The position numbers and the translations under genes are program-made. DNA of 64,000 bases, taken from the NCBI GenBank assembly GCA_964573665.1, contig CAZNKI010000002.1, forward strand, positions 2,767 to 66,766. Direction: 5' to 3'. Shown here in pieces: positions 56,062-64,000 of this stretch. The notes beneath the pieces were generated by a model. The model saw only the letters and a program-made list of their open reading frames with translations. It was not told the DNA's origin and searched no databases. The number at the start of each line of letters is the position of its first letter. Positions within the stretch are counted from its first letter, which is position 1. The DNA is from an uncultured Candidatus Cloacimonadota bacterium (GTDB taxonomy: Bacteria > Cloacimonadota > Cloacimonadia > Cloacimonadales > WRIO01).

Positions 56062-56547
56062 TCAATATTCATCTTTTTGATTAAATTCAGCAGATTCGAC
56101 CCATTTTTCAGGATGCTCAATCATTTCAATAATTGTTGAAAGTGTATCAATATGGTTATTTTCTTCCATGATGATTTGCTTAAAGATCTTTTGGTAGTTA
56201 AGGCTGTCATGTTTGAATTGTTCAATATAGAAGTTCAGATGTTTTTTTTCAATTTCTAAAGCTTCTTTATACAAATCAATCTGATTGATGAAACAAGAGA
56301 ATTCCATCTCCTTTTTTTTAAGAAGATCGATTTCATCTGAGATAAGCTTCTCAAGATGATTATCCAAGAACTCAATTTTGCTTTCCTGACTCATTTTCTG
56401 AAAGAGAACAAAATGTTTTGCTTCATCGTTCGCAAGCATATTGAGAATGTTTTTTACTCCTTCATTTGCCATACATTTGTTACTCAGATTACGATAATAC
56501 TGTTCAGACACTTTTTTTAATTCCATAGCTTTTTCAAAAAACTTCAT
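56062..56547 (-). CDS. Ferritin-like/rubrerythrin-type diiron four-helix-bundle protein
   Basis: Two E..H pairs (ANDEAKH, MEENNH) plus further Glu-rich helices. GGAGG lies upstream of the ATG at 56547 (MKFFEKAMELKK). Its stop is 12 nt from the MCP paralog 2 start. Confidence 0.55.
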   Translation of the reverse strand: MKFFEKAMELKKVSEQYYRNLSNKCMANEGVKNILNMLANDEAKHFVLFQKMSQESKIEFLDNHLEKLISDEIDLLKKKEMEFSCFINQIDLYKEALEIEKKHLNFYIEQFKHDSLNYQKIFKQIIMEENNHIDTLSTIIEMIEHPEKWVESAEFNQKDEY

Positions 56548-56750
56548 TTTCTTGCCTCCAGCGTTTCGATTTTTACATCTTTTAGTATGTATACTTAATT
56601 TTTTTTCTCTTAGCAAGAAAAAAATAGCTGATTGTTCATTTTTTTATTATTGTAAATTTTGTGTTCTTCTTATGTAAAAAAATGAAATATGCTTGACAGG
56701 TTTAAGTTATATTAAAAGATTAATAACGAATATAATACTCAGGAGGGTTT

Positions 56751-59700
56751 ATGAAGAAATTGATGATCCTATTTTACGTTATAATGAACATTATGCTATT
56801 GTTTGGCAATGCACAAGTTATCAATCAAGACAGCAATCATGTAGATTTTGTTGTTAAAATTGATAGTATAAAAGTTATTGAAAATGCACAATATTCAACA
56901 ATCAATGATCAGTCTTATATGCAAAGAAATACACAGATTGGATCTCCAGATATACCCTTTTTAATATATTATATTGCAGTTCCCGAAGATGGACGCATAC
57001 AAGTATCTGTACAATCATTAAATCAAGAGAGTTTCAGACTTGTCAATGATATTCAACCGATCCCATTTGAAACATATGAAGAATCTCAGTATCTAAGAGA
57101 TTACAAAATAGATAAAAATCTTTATGCCCATTATTCAACTTTGTTTTTTGAAGTAGAAAAGAAAATCAAATTTCGAGAATATTATGTGATTCCACTAAAA
57201 ATATATCCGATTCAATACTCATATCAAGACAAACGTATAGAATTACACAAGCAGTTAATGGTTAAAGTGCAAATAGATGGAAGTACACAAATAAAAACAT
57301 CAAGTCTGAGTAATTGGGATTCAATGTATTCATCAATGATTTTGAACTGGGAAAGCGGGCAGTTTTTTGCTGGTCAACCCGACAGATCTATTATAAATTT
57401 CAGCAATTTTAATCTTTCAGACCAATGGTATTCATTTGAAGTGAGTCAGGATGGTATTTATGCATTGAGCGCAAGCCAGCTTTCAGGTTTACCTTTAAAT
57501 GATATTGATCCATCAAGTATCAGGTTGTTTTCAACTGGTGGAGCATCATACTCAGCTCAGATCAATAACCCTGGATTAACATTTGAAGAAATTCCCATTA
57601 TGATTGAAGATGGAAACGATGGTATGATTAATGGGAATGATAAAATCATCTTTTATGCACAGGATCGTGATGGTTTTGGGATGAATACTGAATATTCAAT
57701 TAATCGGAATACAAAAGGTGATTTTTATTATTACAATCCTTATTCAGGAGCCAATAAATACTGGTTAACCTGGGGAGGGGACTTTTCTGGTAATCCTAAA
57801 AGAATAAATGTGTCAAGTAGCCCTCAGAGTTCAGATATAAGTTTATCAAGCTCTCTATTTTCACTTCATGTTGAAAGTGAGAAAGTGCGAATTTCTGATG
57901 ATCAGGAAACATATTATGCCTGGTATTCACAGAAATGTGAAGGGACAAGCAATGCATCTTATCAACAAAGTTTTACAATCAGTGATATAGAATCAAGCAA
58001 ACCTGCTGTTTTTAAATCGTATATAAAATCAGAAAAAAGTATGTCTTCAGCCAGAAGAGTTGATCATTTCATAAACGATCAGTTATTAAGGAGTGATGTT
58101 TGGGCTTCTTCAGAATTAAGAATTTTTGAAAATGCCACCACATCTTTACAGGAAGGATTAAATGTTTACCGTTTTGATATATATCGCAATCTATTAGATA
58201 ATTTATTTCTTGACTTTTTTGATGTAAATTACTACAAAAAACATATTAAAAGAAATACAGCATACATGATTGACTCTGATCAACAATATGCGGGTCAAAT
58301 AGTGAAATATCAGTTTTCAAACAAACCTTCAGATAATATTCTTGTATTCAAAGTAGATCATTTTAATGAAGTCACAGTTATGAATCCAGATTTTCAATCA
58401 TCTACATTCTCTTTTAATGTACAAAGTCAGGAAGGATCTAGACTCATCGTTGCAGAGAGTTCGGATTATTTATCTGTATCCAATTTAGAAAAAGAAATTA
58501 TTGTTGATTTAACATCAGATCAAAGTTCAAGTGATTTTGTAATTATAAGTCCAAAGTTTTTTAGTAGTGCAGCTGAAGACTTAAAACAATTTTATCTTTC
58601 AAAGTATCAGGTTAATGCCCGTATAGCATATCAGGAAGATATATTTAATCAGTTTTCAGGAGGTAATGTAGATCCAGTGGCAATCCGCAATTATCTAAAG
58701 TATGCTTTTGAGAATTACAACGAACCAAAGATAAAAGGAGCAACAATTATTGGTTTAGGAACACAAGATTGGCGAAATTATTCAGGATTAGCCAATAATA
58801 AGAATCGAGCGATTCTATTCTTCAATAATTATTCAAGTCCCAATGAAAACTCAACTATTACAAGTTCTGATCATTTTTATACCTATTTTAATCAAATTAG
58901 TCGTCCAGAAATAGTTATCGGTAGAATACCTGTCAGTACAGTCAATGAATGGACGACATATTTTAACAAAATGCAATCTTATAATGATAATATGACAGGG
59001 AAATGGAGAAATAATATTTTATTTCTTGCTGATGATTATTATCATTATGGAGGAACTGATGATACAGAACATACCGTATATACCAATCAAATTGTTGGCT
59101 TAATACATCCAGCAGTTAGGAAAGATCCTGTTTATGCTCAGGAATATCCAATCAATGAGTTTATGAAAAAACCTTTTGTGAATGAACTCTATATCAGTAA
59201 GATGAATCAAGGCGCATTATTCTCAATTTATATGGGACATGGTAATCCTCAATATTTAGGGAATGAATATTATCTTGGGATAGATGATATGGCAAGATTT
59301 TCCAATATTAATCGCCAGACAGTATTTTTTGCAGGTTCATGTAGTGTTGGTCGTTTTGATAGTCCATACTATAGAAGTTTGTCGGAATCGATGGTTTTAA
59401 ACCCCAATGGAGGTGCAATAGCATCAATTGCAGCGATTAGGGTTTCTTATGGTAATCCAAACTCAACCCTTATCAAAGAGATTATGAGAGAATCTGTCAA
59501 TAATCGTAAAACAATAGGGGAGAGTTTTATGCTTGCTTCTCAACGAGTTACAGGGACGAATACTGCTGTTTATCAACTTCTTGGAGATCCATTAGCTCCT
59601 GCATACCCTCCAGAACGGATATCGACGATAAGTATAGAAAATGATTCAACTTCTCAAAAAGATAAGATTGCATATCAGTCCAGACAAAAAATTGATGTAA

Positions 59701-60650
59701 CTGGTACATTTAATCAAGCATCATTTAATGGTGAAGTCGATTTTAATGTTTATGATACTCAATATACTGTAGAAGTGAGTTCTCCAACACGAGTAAGCGT
59801 TGTTGATAAAGACGGGAGAACAATTTTCAATGGGAAAGCAAGTTTGACAAATGGTAGTTTTAATGCATCATTTATTGTTCCCGATGATATTATGGGGGGT
59901 AACAAAGCAAAAATTATCAGCTCTTTTTCAGATATAAGTAATCAAAAAGAATATGTGAACTATATGAGCAATATCACTTTTAGTGGTCATGATTTTTATG
60001 CAGACAATCCTGATATTCCGACAATCGATATATATTTGGAAAACAAGAAATTTAAAAATGGAGATGAAGTATCAAATAAACCATTACTCATTGTCGATTT
60101 ATATGATTCTAATGGGATCAATATCCTTGGAACTCCAGGTCATCATATAATGATGTTACTCGACAATAGTACAAATCCGATAGCAATTACAGAGTCATTT
60201 GCTTACGATCTGAACTCATACACAAAGGGATCCGCTTATTATCAATTTAGTCAACTAAGCGAGGGTATGCATTCTCTAAAAATTATTGCATTTGATAATT
60301 TTAATCAACCAGCAGTTAAACAGATAGAATTTAATGTTTCAAAGTCTGAGGGTATTGAGCTAAACAATGTCTTGATTTATCCAAATCCAATCAAAAAGGA
60401 CGCATATTTTACGTTTATGCTTACCCAGGAGGCGATGGTTTCTGTGCAAGTTTATACTGTTACAGGTCGAAAAATTAAAGATATTCCTGCTGTATTTTGC
60501 ACAAAAGGATATAATCAAATCTATTGGGATACAAAAGACAATGATGGTGATAAAATTGCAAATAACACGTATTTCTATAAAGTAAAAGCAAAGCAGATAA
60601 ATGGATCAAAAACAGCAGAGAAAATCGAAAAGCTGATCATTTTAAAATAA
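56751..60650 (+). CDS. Peptidase C25 (gingipain-like cysteine protease) with T9SS C-terminal sorting domain
   Basis: Signal peptide. Catalytic His context IYMGHGNPQ and Cys context FFAGSCSVGRFD. C-terminal IYPNPIKKDAYFTF...NTYFYKVKA...LIILK CTD pattern. Confidence 0.8.
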   Translation: MKKLMILFYVIMNIMLLFGNAQVINQDSNHVDFVVKIDSIKVIENAQYSTINDQSYMQRNTQIGSPDIPFLIYYIAVPEDGRIQVSVQSLNQESFRLVNDIQPIPFETYEESQYLRDYKIDKNLYAHYSTLFFEVEKKIKFREYYVIPLKIYPIQYSYQDKRIELHKQLMVKVQIDGSTQIKTSSLSNWDSMYSSMILNWESGQFFAGQPDRSIINFSNFNLSDQWYSFEVSQDGIYALSASQLSGLPLNDIDPSSIRLFSTGGASYSAQINNPGLTFEEIPIMIEDGNDGMINGNDKIIFYAQDRDGFGMNTEYSINRNTKGDFYYYNPYSGANKYWLTWGGDFSGNPKRINVSSSPQSSDISLSSSLFSLHVESEKVRISDDQETYYAWYSQKCEGTSNASYQQSFTISDIESSKPAVFKSYIKSEKSMSSARRVDHFINDQLLRSDVWASSELRIFENATTSLQEGLNVYRFDIYRNLLDNLFLDFFDVNYYKKHIKRNTAYMIDSDQQYAGQIVKYQFSNKPSDNILVFKVDHFNEVTVMNPDFQSSTFSFNVQSQEGSRLIVAESSDYLSVSNLEKEIIVDLTSDQSSSDFVIISPKFFSSAAEDLKQFYLSKYQVNARIAYQEDIFNQFSGGNVDPVAIRNYLKYAFENYNEPKIKGATIIGLGTQDWRNYSGLANNKNRAILFFNNYSSPNENSTITSSDHFYTYFNQISRPEIVIGRIPVSTVNEWTTYFNKMQSYNDNMTGKWRNNILFLADDYYHYGGTDDTEHTVYTNQIVGLIHPAVRKDPVYAQEYPINEFMKKPFVNELYISKMNQGALFSIYMGHGNPQYLGNEYYLGIDDMARFSNINRQTVFFAGSCSVGRFDSPYYRSLSESMVLNPNGGAIASIAAIRVSYGNPNSTLIKEIMRESVNNRKTIGESFMLASQRVTGTNTAVYQLLGDPLAPAYPPERISTISIENDSTSQKDKIAYQSRQKIDVTGTFNQASFNGEVDFNVYDTQYTVEVSSPTRVSVVDKDGRTIFNGKASLTNGSFNASFIVPDDIMGGNKAKIISSFSDISNQKEYVNYMSNITFSGHDFYADNPDIPTIDIYLENKKFKNGDEVSNKPLLIVDLYDSNGINILGTPGHHIMMLLDNSTNPIAITESFAYDLNSYTKGSAYYQFSQLSEGMHSLKIIAFDNFNQPAVKQIEFNVSKSEGIELNNVLIYPNPIKKDAYFTFMLTQEAMVSVQVYTVTGRKIKDIPAVFCTKGYNQIYWDTKDNDGDKIANNTYFYKVKAKQINGSKTAEKIEKLIILK

Positions 60651-60726
60651 TAATTTCTAAACTTGACAAAAAAAGCGAAGTAAATTTTCTTAGTAAAAAA
60701 GTTTGTAGTTGAAAGGAGGTGAAAAT

Positions 60727-60930
60727 ATGCCAACAGTAATCGCTAAAGAAACTGAACCTTTCGAAATTACCTTGAAACGATTCAAGAAAAAATGCGAAAA
60801 GGCAGCGATCTTATCAGAAATCAAGAAGCATCAAGCGTTTGAAAAACCAAGCGTCGCTAAGAAAAGAAAAGAAAATGCTGCTCGTAGAAAAATGGTGAAA
60901 CTTACCCGAAAAATGGAAAGGTATAGCTAA
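60727..60930 (+). CDS. rpsU: 30S ribosomal protein S21
   Basis: MPTVIAKE...LKRFKKKCEKAAILSEIKKHQ.FEKPS..KKRK. AGGAGG lies 7 nt upstream of the ATG at 60727; the ORF-track TTG at 60709 is unlikely. Confidence 0.9.
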   Translation: MPTVIAKETEPFEITLKRFKKKCEKAAILSEIKKHQAFEKPSVAKKRKENAARRKMVKLTRKMERYS

Positions 60931-61367
60931 TGCTGACTCGATTAAATAATGACCTAAAAGACGCAATGCGTCAGAAGGATGAACTGAGATTAGAGATGAT
61001 TCGTATGATCAAAACTGATATAAAGAATCGTGAGATTGAGGTTTTGCATCCATTGAACGATGAAGAAATTATTGCCTTAATTCAAAAAGCCATTAAAGGT
61101 CGTGAACAAGCGAATGAGCTTTTCAAACAAGGAAATCGTTTAGATTTGGTTCAAAAAGGTCTGAGTGAAATTGAGATTCTAAAAGAATATCTTCCTCTTG
61201 CATTATCAGATGAAGCACTTGATCAATTAGTAGATCAGGTAATCAAAGAGTTAAATGCAAGTACAATCAAAGAAATGGGTGCTGTGATCAAGCAGGTTAA
61301 AGAGCTTGCAGGCTCTCGCGCTGATGGATCCAGTATTAGTTCGAAAGTTAAACTAAAACTAAGTTAA
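60930..61367 (+). CDS. GatB/YqeY domain-containing protein
   Basis: L..DLK.AMR.KD..RL...R.....I.N.EI pattern, 145 aa, classic rpsU-yqeY linkage. Confidence 0.85.
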   Translation: MLTRLNNDLKDAMRQKDELRLEMIRMIKTDIKNREIEVLHPLNDEEIIALIQKAIKGREQANELFKQGNRLDLVQKGLSEIEILKEYLPLALSDEALDQLVDQVIKELNASTIKEMGAVIKQVKELAGSRADGSSISSKVKLKLS

Positions 61368-61371
61368 ATTA

Positions 61372-61396
61372 AAAGGGGATTTTATCCCCTTTTTTG
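61372..61396 (+). terminator. Rho-independent terminator after yqeY
   Basis: GGGGAT / ATCCCC hairpin followed by TTTTTT. Confidence 0.75.
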
Positions 61397-61403
61397 GTAT
61401 ATT

Positions 61404-61913
61404 ATGAATTTCAGTATTTTAAACATTATCTTGATTGTCTTTTTTTTACTTGCTCTATATCATGGTTATAGAAAGGGTTTTTTAGCATCAGTGATCTATT
61501 GGGCTGGGTTAATTGTGACAACAATTCTCATATTACGATATGCACCTATGGTTAAGATTGGTTTGATGAATAAGTTTCCTATTGGAGCTTTTTTTGCCTC
61601 CTGTATTTCATATTTGTTGATTATTGTTCTTATTGCTATCTTAGCTAATTTATTAACTATTTTACTCAATCAGGTCGCTACCATGCTGTCATTAAACTTT
61701 CTCAATCGTTCAATAGGCGCATTATTTGGATTTTTAAACGCAATAATCATTCTGATAATAGTATTGACTATATTAGAGTTTCTCCCTTATACAAAGCCTG
61801 TCCAGGCATGGTTAGGAAAATCATTTATCATTCAGGAAACACAAAAAATTAAAAACGGATTAAAACCAAAACTAATCACCCAATATAAAAAACAAAATTT
61901 TGATAAGAAATAG
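61404..61913 (+). CDS. cvpA: CvpA-family membrane protein
   Basis: Four TM helices with N-terminal ILNIILIVFFLLALYHGYRKGF, typical of the CvpA family, immediately upstream of mutS2. Confidence 0.75.
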   Translation: MNFSILNIILIVFFLLALYHGYRKGFLASVIYWAGLIVTTILILRYAPMVKIGLMNKFPIGAFFASCISYLLIIVLIAILANLLTILLNQVATMLSLNFLNRSIGALFGFLNAIIILIIVLTILEFLPYTKPVQAWLGKSFIIQETQKIKNGLKPKLITQYKKQNFDKK

Positions 61914-61930
61914 AAAATAATCAGATAAAC

Positions 61931-64000
61931 ATGTTACAGAGTTATTATCATTTAGAATTTAATAAAATCATACAATTAATAAAAAGTGAATGTCATAGTC
62001 ATTTAGGCGAGAAGCTTATAGAAGCCTTATCTCCCATTGATGATAAAAAAGAGAAATTAACAAAAATCAAACGAATTGGGCAGATTCAGAAGCTCATTAT
62101 TCAGGGCTTTTCATATTCTTTTGAAGATTTGTTTGATATCCAAGATCTCCTCATCGATTGGAAGCATGAGTCATATAATTTTGATGAGTTTACAGCAATA
62201 ATTAAAACAATTCTTATAGCAAATGCAGTAATTATTGATAAAGAAACATTTACTGATTATCATCTGTTTCTTCAGCAAGTAAAACTACTTTTAGAATTTA
62301 AAGATATTGAAAAAAGATATTTTATGATATTTAATGCTGAAGGAGATGTTTTAGATAGTGCATCCAAAGAATTAGCCTCGATACGTAAGCGAAAAAGACA
62401 ACTTCGTGAACATATTGTGAAAGAACTTGGTGCAATCCAAAGGGATCAGACTTGGGATAGTTTTATTCAAGATAAGATCATTTCACATAGAGATGATCGA
62501 TTTGTGATATTAATAAAAGAAGGGGCTACAGGATTTGTAGATGGAATATCACATGGTCGATCAGCCAGCAATTCATCCGTTTATTTTGAGCCAAAACAAG
62601 TTGTTGGATTAAACAATGATCTCAATAAAATGGATGCAGATGAGAAGAAAGAAATTTATCGGATTTTTTGTGAGTTTACATCTCAAATTCAAGAGATCAA
62701 ACAGGAAATATTGATAAATAGCCAAGTGCTCACGCTAATGGATTCTGAGTTTGCGATTGGCCGTTTTTCAAATCGAATGATGGCAAGTATCCCTATATTT
62801 GTGGATGAACCAGTATTGGAGTTGAAAAAAGCCAGACATCCCTTGCTGATCAATCAGTTCAAAGATATTCTTAACGTTATACCATTTAATCTTGAACTTG
62901 GGAAAGATAAAAAAATCTTATTGATTTCAGGACCAAATACGGGAGGTAAAACAATCACTCTGAAGTCAATTGGATTGTTAACCTTAATGGCTCATTCAGG
63001 TTTACCTGTCCCTGCTGACTCTGATTCAAAGATTGGAAACTTCAATCAGGTTTTTGCTGACATTGGTGATAATCAATCAATAGAATCTTACCTGAGCAGT
63101 TTTTCTGCCCATATGAAACATATCTCAGAAATGATAGAAAAAGGTGATGAGCAGACATTAGTTTTAATTGATGAAATTGGATCTGCAACCGATCCAGAGC
63201 AAGGCTCTGCACTCGCCCAAGCTGTTTTAGAAAAGCTGGTAGAACAAAAAGTGACCGGTGTCATTACAACACATTATACAGCACTAAAAATTTTTGCTGA
63301 GCAGTCTGACGTTTGTGTGAATGCTTCTATGCAGTTTGATGCGCAACAACATTTGCCCACTTATCAGTTTCAATTTGGTTTACCTGGGCATAGTTTTGCG
63401 ATTGAAATTGCTGCAGGTTTAGGGATAAACCACGATATTATTCAAAGAGCAAAATATTTAACAGGGAACCAAAGTGTTGAACTGACGGAATTATTAGCAA
63501 AAATGACTGAAGAAAAGAAAAAGTTAGCTCGTGCAACCTATGAATTTGAGTTAAAAAGTCGCCTTCTCGAGCAGAAAACGAAAGAAAAAGAACAAGAACT
63601 TTCTGCATTTGAATCCCAAAAGAAGAAAATGTTACGTGAAGTTTTGAATGATACAAAAGAAGAGTTTGTACATTTACAAAAAGAAATGCTTCGTGATTTA
63701 GACGAAATAAAAAAACTTAATCGTGAGGAAAGAAAAACAAAGCTCGAAGAAAATTTAAAAAGAGCAACGAAAATACAAGAGGAAATCCATCAAAAATCTG
63801 AAACATATCAATCTGGCAGAAGAAATCATAATCTTTCCGGTGAAATATCTGTAGGATCCGTTGTTTGGGTAAGAAAAATGGATACAATTGCCACTGTGCT
63901 TGAGATAACAAAAGATTCTGCAAAAGTAGATTTAAATGGAATATGTTTTAGTGTACCATTAAGTAATCTTGCTTTACAAAGAAACAAAACAGAAAAGCTT
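61931..64000 (+). CDS. mutS2: Endonuclease MutS2 (3' end outside window)
   Basis: Open frame of 690 codons from the ATG at 61931 to the window edge, absent from the ORF track because it has no stop. N-terminal LEFNKI, Walker A ISGPNTGGKTITLK, DE box LVLIDEIGSATDP, then a long coiled-coil region. Confidence 0.9.
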   Translation, partial: MLQSYYHLEFNKIIQLIKSECHSHLGEKLIEALSPIDDKKEKLTKIKRIGQIQKLIIQGFSYSFEDLFDIQDLLIDWKHESYNFDEFTAIIKTILIANAVIIDKETFTDYHLFLQQVKLLLEFKDIEKRYFMIFNAEGDVLDSASKELASIRKRKRQLREHIVKELGAIQRDQTWDSFIQDKIISHRDDRFVILIKEGATGFVDGISHGRSASNSSVYFEPKQVVGLNNDLNKMDADEKKEIYRIFCEFTSQIQEIKQEILINSQVLTLMDSEFAIGRFSNRMMASIPIFVDEPVLELKKARHPLLINQFKDILNVIPFNLELGKDKKILLISGPNTGGKTITLKSIGLLTLMAHSGLPVPADSDSKIGNFNQVFADIGDNQSIESYLSSFSAHMKHISEMIEKGDEQTLVLIDEIGSATDPEQGSALAQAVLEKLVEQKVTGVITTHYTALKIFAEQSDVCVNASMQFDAQQHLPTYQFQFGLPGHSFAIEIAAGLGINHDIIQRAKYLTGNQSVELTELLAKMTEEKKKLARATYEFELKSRLLEQKTKEKEQELSAFESQKKKMLREVLNDTKEEFVHLQKEMLRDLDEIKKLNREERKTKLEENLKRATKIQEEIHQKSETYQSGRRNHNLSGEISVGSVVWVRKMDTIATVLEITKDSAKVDLNGICFSVPLSNLALQRNKTEKL

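Overview
AT-rich (about one-third G+C by eye) bacterial chromosomal segment. It is densely packed with about 55 protein genes and one tRNA. I saw no rRNA, CRISPR array, transposase, integrase, prophage or recognisable defence genes. The gene content points to a diderm organism with a type IX secretion system: TolC/MFP/RND efflux, a GT9 heptosyltransferase, SecDF, and three proteins carrying Por/T9SS C-terminal sorting domains, one of them a C25 gingipain-like peptidase. The lineage is probably in the FCB group; any finer assignment is a low-confidence inference. Most of the window is housekeeping: lepB, hemW, tldD/pmbA, smpB, rocD, trpS, secG plus tRNA-Leu, gpmI, pepA, fdhD, secDF, and rpsU-yqeY-cvpA-mutS2. 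Accessory blocks are: (a) a REC-PAS-GAF histidine kinase with two receiver proteins; (b) a PhnCDE-type ABC transporter; (c) a LicC/LicD/TagF/GT9 glycan-decoration operon; (d) a PadR-controlled RND efflux operon; (e) an MCP-CheW-MCP cluster with a diiron-type partner gene. The least explained signal is non-coding. An invariant 17-nt hairpin core (TTCTATCCTGTAGAAAA) occurs four times, always intergenic and always on the + strand. A second GC-rich palindromic module occurs twice, and the two modules are joined in one about 165-nt composite element between convergent genes at 35.87-36.02 kb. The secG-linked tRNA-Leu also appears to carry an A34 anticodon (AAG), which is unusual for bacteria. mutS2 (61931 to the window end) is missing from the ORF track because it has no stop codon in the window. 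All family assignments come from motif recognition by eye; no database search was run.
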